Shown piece by piece: positions 11,506-20,228 of a stretch of DNA of 64,000 nt. The DNA is from Conexibacter sp. (GTDB lineage: Bacteria > Actinomycetota > Thermoleophilia > Solirubrobacterales > Solirubrobacteraceae): assembly GCA_036379915.1 (NCBI GenBank), contig DASVFS010000233.1:1803-65802 (forward strand), read 5' to 3'. The notes beneath the pieces were generated by a model that did no database searches, was not told the DNA's origin, and saw only the letters and a program-made list of their open reading frames with translations. How positions within the stretch are numbered: position 1 is the first letter of the stretch; each line of letters begins with the position of its first letter. The position numbers were made by a program, and so were the translations under genes.

Positions 11506-12222
11506 TCATGCCGGATCCTCGCCGCTCAGCTCGAGGAAGCGCTCGACCGACGCCTCCTGGCGCTCGAGCCGCGTCGCCAGCTCCCGCGCGTGCGCGACCG
11601 CCAGCTCGGCGAACTCGGCGAGGCAGCGCTCCGGGTCGTCCGGCAGCGGGTAGATGCGCGCGAGATCCTGCTGCGCGCAGGCGATGCCGAGCGGCGGCTT
11701 GCCCGCGGCGAGCGTGCGCGCCCCGCACACGGGCGCGACGACGATCCGGCGCTCGGGCGCGACGAGCGCGACCGGCAGCAGGCGATGGGCCGGCAGCGGC
11801 GTGCCCAGCTCGAGCGAGCGCTCGACCGCGACGTCGCCTTCGGCGAGCGCTTCGAGCGGCTCGCGCCAGACGTCGAGCACGGTGTCGGCGCCGACGAGCG
11901 CGTCGCGCAGCGCGCTCGCCTGCTCGAGGTACAGCTGCGCCGCCGCCTCGCGGTCCTCGGCGTCGCCGAGGTCGAGGTCGCACGGGACGCGCAGCAGCTC
12001 GCGCGCGGCGATCGTCTCGCCGGCGCCGCGATGGCCGCGCGCGACGTACGTCTGGATCGTGCCGAGGTCGCGGCGGCCGTGGAAGACGACCGTCACCGAC
12101 TCGCTCACCGGCAGGTCGTCGACCGCCAGCGAGACGGCGGCCGCGTCGGACGCGTCGAGCAGGGCGCGGCGCAGCAGCTCCTCGGCTGCGCCGTCGTCGG
12201 GGGAGTGGGCTGAATCGGTCAT
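11506..12222 (-). CDS. Hypothetical protein
   Basis: Acidic globular-looking ORF with GC-rich third positions; ATG 12222 preceded by AGGTGG. Confidence 0.7.
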   Translation of the reverse strand: MTDSAHSPDDGAAEELLRRALLDASDAAAVSLAVDDLPVSESVTVVFHGRRDLGTIQTYVARGHRGAGETIAARELLRVPCDLDLGDAEDREAAAQLYLEQASALRDALVGADTVLDVWREPLEALAEGDVAVERSLELGTPLPAHRLLPVALVAPERRIVVAPVCGARTLAAGKPPLGIACAQQDLARIYPLPDDPERCLAEFAELAVAHARELATRLERQEASVERFLELSGEDPA

Positions 12223-12325
12223 CCCGCCACCTGTCCGCTCGCGTCGTCGTGTCCTGCTGACAGTGTGCCCGACGCGGTGGTCGCAATGCGAGCGGAACCG
12301 TCGCCGGCGGGTAGGCTTCACGCCG

Positions 12326-12601
12326 ATGAAGCTGCTCTACAAGCCGTTCGGCCTGATCGCCGGGATCCTCAGCGGCCTGCTCGCGCGCCGTCTCTTCACC
12401 GTCGTGTGGGGCGCGATCGACGACCGGGAGCCGCCCGAGGCGAAGACCGAGCGGGCGAGCTGGCCGAGAGTGCTGGCCGCCGCCGCGATCCAGGGCGCCA
12501 CCTTCTCCGCCACCCGCGCCGCCGTCGACCGCGCCGGCGCGAGAACGTTCCAGCACCTGTTCGGCGTCTGGCCGGGCGAGCGCGAGCCGGACAGAGCCTA
12601 G
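12326..12601 (+). CDS. DUF4235-like small membrane protein
   Basis: MKLLYKPFGLIAGILSG...W....EPP...AAAIQGA..DRAGA; TAGGCT -10 upstream. Confidence 0.8.
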   Translation: MKLLYKPFGLIAGILSGLLARRLFTVVWGAIDDREPPEAKTERASWPRVLAAAAIQGATFSATRAAVDRAGARTFQHLFGVWPGEREPDRA

Positions 12602-12882
12602 CCGCCGCCGAGCACGAAGCCGCGGCCTCTGAGCTGCGCGAGCTGGTCCTCGAAGGCGGCGAAGTCGCGCTGCAGGAGCGCGTCGAGCGGGCGGCCGGAA
12701 GGACCCTTCGCGCGCACCCACCGGCGCAACACGGCGGCGCCGACCTGCTCCTCCGCCTCGGCCAGCAGCTCGAGCAGGATCCCCAGCTCGGGTCGGTGGT
12801 CGAGCTGGCCGGAGAGCAGCGTCAGCGGGTCGACCGCGAGCGTCGTGCACAGCTCCTCCTCGGACAGGCCGAGCAGGTCCAT
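12598..12882 (-). CDS. Hypothetical protein, weak Xre/MbcA/ParS antitoxin-like
   Basis: LGLSEEEL N-terminus and RRWVRA...GRPLDALL C-terminus; follows prs; start uncertain. Confidence 0.55.
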   Translation of the reverse strand: MDLLGLSEEELCTTLAVDPLTLLSGQLDHRPELGILLELLAEAEEQVGAAVLRRWVRAKGPSGRPLDALLQRDFAAFEDQLAQLRGRGFVLGGG

Positions 12883-12908
12883 CAGGCGGGCGGCGCGATC
12901 GGCAGAGC

Positions 12909-13931
12909 TCAGAACAGCTGGTTCTCGCCGCGGAAGACCTCGGACACCGAGCCGTCCGTGAAGATCTGGCGGATCGAGCTGGTCAGCAGCTCCGCGCACG
13001 GCAGCACGGTGATGTTGTCCGGCGCGCCGTCGCGCAGCGGGATCGTGTCCGTCACGACGATCTCGTCGAACGCGGCGGCGGCGAGGTTCTCCCATGCGTT
13101 GCCGGAGAAGACCGCGTGCGTCGCCGCTGCCAGCACGCGCGTGGCGCCCGCGTCGCGCACCGTCTGCGCGGCGGCCTTGAGCGTGCCGGCGGTGTCGATG
13201 ATGTCGTCGACGAGCACGGCCGTCTTGCCCTTCACGTCGCCGATCACGTAGCCGATCTCGGCGACCTGCTGCGCCGGGCGCTCCTTGTTGAGGATCGCCA
13301 GCTCGGCGCCGATCGTGGCGGCGAACTTCTTGTTCAGCTTCACGCGGCCGGCGTCCGGGGAGACGACGACGAGGTCTTCGAGGCCCTGGTCGGCGAAGTA
13401 CTTCGTGAGCATGAACATCGCCGTCATGTGATCGCACGGCTTCTGGAAGAAGCCCTGGATCTGGCCGGAGTGGAGGTCCATGGTGAGGATGCGGTCGATC
13501 CCCGCCGTCTCCAGCATGCGGGCGACGAGGCGGGCGCTGATCGGCTCGCGCGGCGCGGACTTCTTGTCCTGGCGCGAGTAGCCGTACCAGGGGCAGACGG
13601 CGATCACGCGGTGGGCGGAGCCGCCGACCGCCGCGTCGACCATCTCGAGCAGCTCCATCAGCGCGTCGTTGGCGGTCAGTCCAGCGCGCGGGTTGCCGCA
13701 GATCGGCTGCACGATGAAGATGTCTGCGCCGCGGATCGACTCCTCGTAGCGGCAGTAGACCTCGCCGTTGGAGAACGTCTTGAGCGTCGCGCCGCCGAGC
13801 TCGACGCCGAGCTTGCCGGCGATGTCGTTCGCGAGCGCGGGGTGCGCGCGGCCGCTGAACAGCATGAGGCGCTTGTCGTAGCCGATGTCCAGCTGGGTGC
13901 CCAGACGCTCCTGAGGCTCGGCGGCGCTCAT
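12909..13931 (-). CDS. prs: Ribose-phosphate pyrophosphokinase
   Basis: FSNGE, YGYSRQDKK, DLHSGQIQGFF, VSPDAG, VDDIIDTAGT. Confidence 0.98.
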   Translation of the reverse strand: MSAAEPQERLGTQLDIGYDKRLMLFSGRAHPALANDIAGKLGVELGGATLKTFSNGEVYCRYEESIRGADIFIVQPICGNPRAGLTANDALMELLEMVDAAVGGSAHRVIAVCPWYGYSRQDKKSAPREPISARLVARMLETAGIDRILTMDLHSGQIQGFFQKPCDHMTAMFMLTKYFADQGLEDLVVVSPDAGRVKLNKKFAATIGAELAILNKERPAQQVAEIGYVIGDVKGKTAVLVDDIIDTAGTLKAAAQTVRDAGATRVLAAATHAVFSGNAWENLAAAAFDEIVVTDTIPLRDGAPDNITVLPCAELLTSSIRQIFTDGSVSEVFRGENQLF

Positions 13932-13972
13932 GTCGGGTGCGAGTGTACGCCTCGGCGGGGACGAGACCGGAC

Positions 13973-15373
13973 TCATCTCTGCATGCGTTCCTTCACCTGC
14001 TCGTCGTACCCGGGCAGGTTGCGCTGGCGCGCGCGCGCGATCCCGAGCGCGCCGTCCGGCACCTCCTCGGTGATGACCGAGCCGGCCCCGATCCACGCGT
14101 CGTCGCCGACCGCGACCGGCGCGACGAGCGACGTGTGGACACCGCCGTGGACGTTCTCCCCGATCGTCGTGCGGTGCTTTCTGCGTCCGTCGTAGTTGGC
14201 GGTGATCGTGCTGGCGCCGAGGTTCGTGCCGGCGCCGACGTCCGCGTCGCCGAGATAGGAGAGGTGCGGGACCTTGGCGCCCGCGCCGACGTCGGAGTTC
14301 TTGATCTCGACGAAGGTGCCGACCTTGCTGCCCTCGCGCAGCAGCGTCTGCGGGCGCAGGTAGGCGAACGGGCCGACGGAGGCGCCGTCGCGGACCTCGC
14401 ACTGCGTGGCGTATGAGTGCGGGATGCGGACGTCGGCGCCGAGCGTCACGTCGATCAGCGTCGTGAGCGGGCCGACCTCGCAGCCGGAGCCGATGCGCGT
14501 CGCGCCGTGGATGCTGGTGAAGGGATTGACGGTCGTGTCCGCGTCGATCTCGACGTCGGCGTCGATCACCGTCGAGCCGGGGTCGACGATCGTGACGCCG
14601 CCGGCGAGGTGCCGCGCGTGGATGCGCCGCTGGGCGATCGCGCGGACCTGCGCGAGGTCGCCGCGGTCGTTGACGCCGAGCGCGAGCGCCGGGTCGTCGA
14701 CCACGTGCGCGGCGACGACCTTGTCCTGCGCGCGCAGGATCGGCAGCGCGTCGGGCAGGTACAGCTCGCCCTGCGCGTTGTCGGGCGTGATCCGCTGCAG
14801 CGCGTCGAGCAGGTCGCCGCCGGCGAACGCGTAGACGCCGCCGTTGACCTCGCGGATCTCCAGCTCGGCGGGGGTCGCGTCGCCGGGCTTCTTCGTCTCC
14901 ACCACGCGCTCGACCGCGCCGTCCGGGCCGCGCACGACGCGCCCGTAGCCGGACGGGTCGTCGAGGACCATGGTGAGCATCGTGGCGCTCGCGTCGTGCT
15001 GCTCGTGCGCCTGCGCGAGCGCGCGCAGCGCCTCGCCCGTCATCAGCGGCACGTCGCCGTTGAGGATGATCACGGGCGCGTCGCGGTCGATGTGCGGCGC
15101 GGCCGCGAGGACGGCGTCGGCGGTGCCGCGCGGCTCCTGCTGGACGGCGAGGACGACGTCGCCCCCGGCGTCCGCCGCCTCGGCGACGAACGGCGCCAGC
15201 GCCTCGTCCGGACCGCCCACGACGACGACCTTCTTCGCGCCGGCCGCACGCGCGGCGGCGATCGGCCAGGCGATCACGGGTCGACCGCAGAGCGGATGCA
15301 GCAGCTTGGGCGTCGCGGAGCGCATGCGCGTTCCCTGCCCGGCGGCGAGGATGACGACGACCGGCGCGGTCAC
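13973..15373 (-). CDS. glmU: Bifunctional UDP-GlcNAc pyrophosphorylase/glucosamine-1-P acetyltransferase
   Basis: LAAGQGTRM..PKLLH, GYGRVVR, NAQGELYL, HLSYLGDA, NYDG. Confidence 0.98.
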   Translation of the reverse strand: MTAPVVVILAAGQGTRMRSATPKLLHPLCGRPVIAWPIAAARAAGAKKVVVVGGPDEALAPFVAEAADAGGDVVLAVQQEPRGTADAVLAAAPHIDRDAPVIILNGDVPLMTGEALRALAQAHEQHDASATMLTMVLDDPSGYGRVVRGPDGAVERVVETKKPGDATPAELEIREVNGGVYAFAGGDLLDALQRITPDNAQGELYLPDALPILRAQDKVVAAHVVDDPALALGVNDRGDLAQVRAIAQRRIHARHLAGGVTIVDPGSTVIDADVEIDADTTVNPFTSIHGATRIGSGCEVGPLTTLIDVTLGADVRIPHSYATQCEVRDGASVGPFAYLRPQTLLREGSKVGTFVEIKNSDVGAGAKVPHLSYLGDADVGAGTNLGASTITANYDGRRKHRTTIGENVHGGVHTSLVAPVAVGDDAWIGAGSVITEEVPDGALGIARARQRNLPGYDEQVKERMQR

Positions 15374-15428
15374 GCGCGCATGGTAGCCGCGGCCGGCGGA
15401 TCCCGCCCGGCGGCCTTGGTCCGGCCCC

Positions 15429-15434
15429 TAGAAT
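15429..15434 (+). promoter_or_regulatory. Putative -10 element of tRNA-Gln
   Basis: TAGAAT 13 nt upstream of tRNA 5' end. Confidence 0.5.
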
Positions 15435-15447
15435 CGACCCGACCCGT

Positions 15448-15518
15448 TGGGGGGTCGTCTAATGGCAAGACTCCGGCCTTTGGAGCCGGCTATCCGGGTT
15501 CGAGTCCCGGCCCCCCAG
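15448..15518 (+). tRNA. tRNA-Gln(TTG)
   Basis: Acceptor TGGGGGG/CCCCCCA, anticodon arm CCGGC-CTTTGGA-GCCGG, T arm CCGGG-TTCGAGT-CCCGG; no encoded CCA; divergent from glmU. Confidence 0.97.
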
Positions 15519-15572
15519 TTCCCGCAGCCCAACCGACTCATCGGCAACGGGCCGAGCGTTAGCCTCGCGCCC

Positions 15573-16394
15573 ATGGCGAGACAGACTCCCACCAGACGCG
15601 AAACCAGCAGCGATAACCAGAAGACCTGCTTCGTGGTATCCGAGTTCGGCACCGACGAGAAGACGCGGATCGAACGAAAGCAGATGCTGAAGCATCTGGT
15701 GAAGAAGGTGCTTGAGCCGATGGGCTACGACGTTCAGCGTGCCGACGACATCGACGACCTCGGCCAGATCACGCATCAGATCATCGAGCGACTGCTGGAC
15801 GACGACCTCGTGATAGCGGATCTGACCGGACTCAATCCAAACGTGTTCTACGAGCTTGCGGTCCGCCACGCAGCGCGCAGACCCGTGATCACCCTCATGA
15901 CCTTCGGCGAGGACATCCCATTTGATCTGAAGGATGTGCGAACAGTCTTCTACGACCTGCACGACCCCGACAAGCTTGAGACCGCACAAGAGGAATTGGA
16001 GCAGAAGGTTCGTGCCATCGAAGAGAACTCCGCCGAGGTCCGGAACCCGATCACGGTGGCCCGGAACGTCACGCTCCTGCAGCAGAGTGACGACCCCGAG
16101 CAACAGGCAACGGGAGCGCTCCTCTCCACGATCAACGAGATGCGCGACGAGATGCGCCTGCTCGCGCGTTCAGTCTCTAGCGGGTCATCGAGTCGAAGAG
16201 ATGGATTCGTACCAGCGACGGTGGCACGGAAACGAATCAGGACGCTGTTCGAAGGCGATGGCAAGTTCACGACCGATGAGGTCATAGACCACGCTGAAGC
16301 GCCTCCACGTTGGGTCGAAACACGGCTTCAGCAGATGCTCGACCAGGGCACCATCTTCCGCATCGATGGAAAATGGACCTCCGTGCCGTTCTGA
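15573..16394 (+). CDS. Nucleoside 2-deoxyribosyltransferase/TIR-like domain protein with C-terminal winged-helix-like domain
   Basis: CFVVSEFG...RADD...ITHQIIERL..DLVIADLTGLNPNVFYELAVRHA...IPFDL; C-terminal TTDEVIDH...RLQQMLDQGTIFRIDGKW. Confidence 0.78.
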   Translation: MARQTPTRRETSSDNQKTCFVVSEFGTDEKTRIERKQMLKHLVKKVLEPMGYDVQRADDIDDLGQITHQIIERLLDDDLVIADLTGLNPNVFYELAVRHAARRPVITLMTFGEDIPFDLKDVRTVFYDLHDPDKLETAQEELEQKVRAIEENSAEVRNPITVARNVTLLQQSDDPEQQATGALLSTINEMRDEMRLLARSVSSGSSSRRDGFVPATVARKRIRTLFEGDGKFTTDEVIDHAEAPPRWVETRLQQMLDQGTIFRIDGKWTSVPF

Positions 16395-16412
16395 CGTGCC
16401 CGCGGCCCGCCA

Positions 16413-16685
16413 TCATCTCGGCCGGTAGACGTCAGCTCGATGCGCGACTGCAACAACCGAGACGGTTCGCGTCTCCTCGTCGATGCGGTAGACGATCCGG
16501 TACGGGCCACGTCGCGCGGACCAGTGGCCCTCCAGCTCGAAGCGCAGCGGCTTGCCGAGGCGACGCGGATTCGATGCGATCGCACCGAGCGTCTCGCCGA
16601 CCGCGGCGGCGACCGAGATCGGCAGGCGATCGAGCTGGCGACGTGCGGGCGCCGTCAGCTGCACGTCCCATGGCCGCTCGCTCAC
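16413..16685 (-). CDS. Type II toxin RelE/ParE family
   Basis: ARRQLDRLP, GKPLRFELEGHWSARRGPYRIVYRID, HRADVYR. Confidence 0.92.
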   Translation of the reverse strand: MSERPWDVQLTAPARRQLDRLPISVAAAVGETLGAIASNPRRLGKPLRFELEGHWSARRGPYRIVYRIDEETRTVSVVAVAHRADVYRPR

Positions 16686-16975
16686 GTCGTGGCGTCGCGC
16701 CGGCGAGCCTCGAGCTGCGCCTGGATCTCGGCGAGCGAGGTGGTGGGCTCACCTGCCGCGAGCGACTTCTCGCTCTCGCGGATCTGCTCCATCGCGGCCG
16801 GGTCCGACAAGATCGCGAGCGTCTCCTCGAGGCTTTCGAGGTCCTCAGGGCTGACCAGCACCGCGGCCGGCTTGCCGTTGCGAGTGACGACGATGCGGTC
16901 GTGCTGGTCCTCGACGCGGTCGACGAGCTCAGACAGATGGGCCTTGACGGACGACAGCGGCAGCGTCTCTGACAT
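16682..16975 (-). CDS. Type II antitoxin Phd/YefM family
   Basis: KAHLSELVDRV...IVVTRNGKPAAVLVSPEDLESLEETL; 4-nt overlap with toxin. Confidence 0.93.
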   Translation of the reverse strand: MSETLPLSSVKAHLSELVDRVEDQHDRIVVTRNGKPAAVLVSPEDLESLEETLAILSDPAAMEQIRESEKSLAAGEPTTSLAEIQAQLEARRRDATT

Positions 16976-17131
16976 GACCAATATCCTAGTCACGATCTCG
17001 GCTGGCTGCAAGCGGAAATCTGTGTCCCCAGCGTGTACCGCTGATCGTGAACTCCTGTCCCTTCAGGTTCCCTCGAATCGCCGGAATCGCCTGTTCCACG
17101 GCACACGAGGGCACAGAAGGGCACGCCGGCC

Positions 17132-17162
17132 CCGGCCTTTGGAGCCGGCTATCCGGGTTCGA
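17132..17162 (+). repeat. att-like duplicate of tRNA-Gln anticodon/T-arm segment
   Basis: Identical to 15473-15503; preceded by GGCAC-N repeats at about 17100-17124. Confidence 0.9.
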
Positions 17163-17668
17163 TGAGGAAGCGCGCCGCGCCAAACCTCGCCGACCGCAGT
17201 TGGCCCGTGCTGCGTCGCGTGATGGGACTCCACACCTTCGCCTACCGCGCCACCAAGGGCCGCATCGGACACCGCATACCGGGCGTCCGGGCGCCCATCC
17301 TGCTGCTCGACCACGTCGGCGCGAGGAGCGGGGTGAAGCGCACCTCTCCCCTCTCCTACATCCACGACGGCAACGACGCGGTCCTGGTGGCCGCCAAGGG
17401 TGGCTACTCGAAGCACCCAGCCTGGTTCCACAACCTCAAGGCCAACCCCGACACGAGCGTCCAGATCTGCTCCGAGTGCCGGCCAGTCCACGCACGGGTC
17501 GCAACTCCAGACGAGCGGGAGCGCCTTTGGCCGATTGCAGTCAGCGTCCACCACGGCTACGAGGACTACCAGCGGCGCACCGACCGCGAGATCCCGCTTG
17601 TCATTCTCGAGGCTCGGGGGCGATCAGATCGGCCGAGCCCGGGGATGCCCTGCGCGCGGACCGCGTGA
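17162..17668 (+). CDS. Deazaflavin (F420)-dependent nitroreductase family protein, possibly damaged at both ends
   Basis: LLLDHVGARSG..RTSPL, AAKGG..KHPAWFHNLKANP, YEDYQRRTDREIPLV; ATG overlaps the att repeat. Confidence 0.8.
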   Translation: MRKRAAPNLADRSWPVLRRVMGLHTFAYRATKGRIGHRIPGVRAPILLLDHVGARSGVKRTSPLSYIHDGNDAVLVAAKGGYSKHPAWFHNLKANPDTSVQICSECRPVHARVATPDERERLWPIAVSVHHGYEDYQRRTDREIPLVILEARGRSDRPSPGMPCARTA

Positions 17669-17750
17669 TCGTCTGTGCGGGTCTGCACGCCGACCGCCTC
17701 GCCGCAGATCAGGCGAGGACGCCGCGCCGCGGATCGTGCCGTTCCGCGGC
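17641..17750 (+). pseudogene. Frameshifted fragment of L-2-hydroxyglutarate oxidase (LhgO)-like gene
   Basis: Frame 1 LRADRVIVCAGLHADRLA, shift near 17704, then SGEDAAPRIVPFRG; resembles LhgO CAGL.SDR.A...RIVPFRG. Confidence 0.65.
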
Positions 17751-17860
17751 GTGATCGAGATCGATCGGGCGATCGACATGCGCCTGAGGCCCACGCTGGC
17801 CCCAGCGCACTCGCGAGACTAGAGTCGCGCAGACGGCCGCGAGAACGAGAGGTGGACGCT

Positions 17861-19423
17861 GTGGGCTTCAAGTCGTATGACGAGGCGGTCGCCGACCACG
17901 AGTGGTCGGCGCCGGATCGCTACAACATCGCCGCCGACGTGTGCGACAAGCATCCGCGCGAGCGGCTCGCGATGGTCTACGAGCGCTTCGACGGCGCGCG
18001 CCGCGACGTCTCGTGGGGCGAGCTGCAGGACCTGTCCGGCCGGGCGGCGCACGCGCTCGCGGCGGCGGGCGTGGGCCGCGGCGACCGCGTCGCGGTCGTG
18101 CTGTCGCCCTCGCCCGAGACCGCCGCGATCTTCTTCGGCACGTGGAAGCTCGGCGCGCTGCTGCTCGCGATGAGCGTGCTCTACGGCGACGAGGGGATCC
18201 AGCACCGCCTGACCGACTCGGGCGCGACCGTCGTCGTGACCGACCGCGCGAACGCGTCGCGCTTCGACGGCATGCACGAGAACGTGCTGATCCTCGACGA
18301 GGGCCTGCTCGACGGCCACCCGACCGACTACCCCACGCTCGACACCGCCTGCGACGACCCCGCGCAGCTCTACTACACGTCCGGCACGACCGGGCTCGCG
18401 AAGGGCATCGTGCACGCGCACCGCTACCTGCTCGCGCACAACGAGTTCACGTACTGCCACGACGTGCAGGAGGGCGAGCGCTTCCACGGCATGGGCGAGT
18501 GGGCTTGGGCCGCCGGCATCGCGCCGCTGCTGGGCCCGTGGCGGCTCGGCGCGGTGCAGTGCGTCTACCAGCGCGAGGGCGGCTTCGACCCGCACAGACA
18601 GCTCGACTTCCTCTCGCGCCACGAGGTCACGAACGTCTTCACGACGCCGACCGCGATGCGCTCGATGATGGCGATCGCCGACGCCGGCACGCGCTATCCG
18701 CAGCGCTTCCGGATCGTCTGCAGCGCGGGCGAGCCGCTCAACCCCGAGGCGATCCGCTGGTTCCGCGAGCAGTACGGCCTCACGGTGCTCGACTACTACG
18801 GGATGACCGAGTCGTACCCGATGGTCGGCAACTATCCGTTCATGGACGTGCGCGAGGGCTCGATGGGCAAGCCCTGCCCCGGCTGGCAGATGGCGATCCT
18901 CGACGAGGACGAGCAGCCCGTCGCGCCCGGCGAGCGCGGCGAGATCTGCCTGAAGGCGCGGACCAACCCCCACTATCCGCTCGGCTACTGGAACCGCCCG
19001 GAGGACACCGAGCGGGTCTTCGGCGGCACGTGGTTCCACACCGGCGACGCGGCGAGCGCCGACGCGGACGGCTACTACTGGTACGAGGGCCGCGCCGACG
19101 ACCTGATCATCGCCGCCGGCTACCGCATCGGCCCGTTCGAGGTCGAGTCCGCCTGCCTCGAGCACCCCGCCGTCGCCGAGGCCGGCGTGATCGGCGTGCC
19201 CGACGAGCGCCGCGGCAACATCGTGAAGGCGTTCGTCGTGCTGGCGGCGGGGCACGAGCCGTCCGACGCGCTCGGCGACGAGATCAGAGCATTCGTGCGC
19301 GACCGCCTGTCCGCCTACGCCTACCCGCGCCGGATCGAGTTCGTCGACGGCCTGCCGAAGACGCTGACCGGCAAGATCCGGCGGATCGAGCTGCGCCAGC
19401 GCGAGGCCGAGCGCGCAGGCTAG
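17861..19423 (+). CDS. Acyl-CoA synthetase (acetate/medium-chain AMP-forming)
   Basis: YYTSGTTGLAKG, SAGEPLN, YGMTE, TGD, GRADD, LPKTLTGKIRR; GTG with GAGAGG RBS. Confidence 0.93.
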   Translation: MGFKSYDEAVADHEWSAPDRYNIAADVCDKHPRERLAMVYERFDGARRDVSWGELQDLSGRAAHALAAAGVGRGDRVAVVLSPSPETAAIFFGTWKLGALLLAMSVLYGDEGIQHRLTDSGATVVVTDRANASRFDGMHENVLILDEGLLDGHPTDYPTLDTACDDPAQLYYTSGTTGLAKGIVHAHRYLLAHNEFTYCHDVQEGERFHGMGEWAWAAGIAPLLGPWRLGAVQCVYQREGGFDPHRQLDFLSRHEVTNVFTTPTAMRSMMAIADAGTRYPQRFRIVCSAGEPLNPEAIRWFREQYGLTVLDYYGMTESYPMVGNYPFMDVREGSMGKPCPGWQMAILDEDEQPVAPGERGEICLKARTNPHYPLGYWNRPEDTERVFGGTWFHTGDAASADADGYYWYEGRADDLIIAAGYRIGPFEVESACLEHPAVAEAGVIGVPDERRGNIVKAFVVLAAGHEPSDALGDEIRAFVRDRLSAYAYPRRIEFVDGLPKTLTGKIRRIELRQREAERAG

Positions 19424-19472
19424 GCGCGGCCGGCGAAGTGGACCCGCACGCGCAGGCACCGGACCTCGCTGC

Positions 19473-20228
19473 TCACGCGAACTCGCCGTTCTCGTGCCCC
19501 GCGCTCATCCGCATCACGAGCTCCTCGAGGCTCAGCTCGGGTTTGCTCCAGGCGCCGTCCACGCGGCCCTGCTTGAGGATCGTGAACCGATCCCCGATCG
19601 CGTACGCGTGACGCGGGTTGTGGGTCACGAGCACGACCCCGATCCCGCGCCGCTTCGTCTCGCGCACGTAGCGCAACACGATGCTCGCCTGCCGGACGCC
19701 CAGCGCGGACGTCGGCTCGTCGAGGATCAGGACCTTCGCCCCCAGGTGCACCGCGCGCGCGATCGCCACGCACTGGCGCTGTCCGCCGGACAGCGTGGCA
19801 ATCGGCCGTTCGACGTCGGCGAGGTCGACGCCGATCGCGGCCAGCTCGCTGCGCGTCGTCTCGATCGCGCTCTTGACGTCGAGCAGGCGCAACGGCCAGC
19901 GCCCGCGCGTCGGCTCCGAGCCCATGCAGAAGTTGCGGTACACGGGCAGGACCGGGACGATCGCGAGATCCTGGAAGACGGTCGCGATCCCCCGTGCGAG
20001 CGCGTCCTTCGGCGAGGAGAAGCGCACTGGCACGCCGTCGACGAGCAGCTCGCCGGCGTCCGGCGCCACGACCCCCGCGATCACCTTGATGACGGTCGAC
20101 TTGCCGGCGCCGTTGTCGCCGAGCAGACACGTCACCTCGCCGCCGTGGACGGAGAGGTCGGTCCGGTCGAGCGCGGCGACGGGACCGTACGACTTGGCGA
20201 TCCCCCGCGCCTCCAGCAGCGGAGTCAT
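19473..20228 (-). CDS. Sugar ABC transporter ATP-binding protein (CUT2, single domain)
   Basis: GDNGAGKST, LSGGQRQ, ILDEPT. Confidence 0.95.
   Translation of the reverse strand: MTPLLEARGIAKSYGPVAALDRTDLSVHGGEVTCLLGDNGAGKSTVIKVIAGVVAPDAGELLVDGVPVRFSSPKDALARGIATVFQDLAIVPVLPVYRNFCMGSEPTRGRWPLRLLDVKSAIETTRSELAAIGVDLADVERPIATLSGGQRQCVAIARAVHLGAKVLILDEPTSALGVRQASIVLRYVRETKRRGIGVVLVTHNPRHAYAIGDRFTILKQGRVDGAWSKPELSLEELVMRMSAGHENGEFA

Larger units (their letters stand above)
15473..17162. mobile_element. tRNA-Gln-integrated genomic islet (integrase-less remnant)
   Basis: 31-bp exact direct repeat CCGGCCTTTGGAGCCGGCTATCCGGGTTCGA at 15473-15503 and 17132-17162; lower-GC cargo; TA pair. Confidence 0.8.

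Noticed and set aside
17132-17162. Second tRNA-Gln gene
   Set aside because: Only 31 bp; lacks D arm and acceptor stem; treated as an att remnant.
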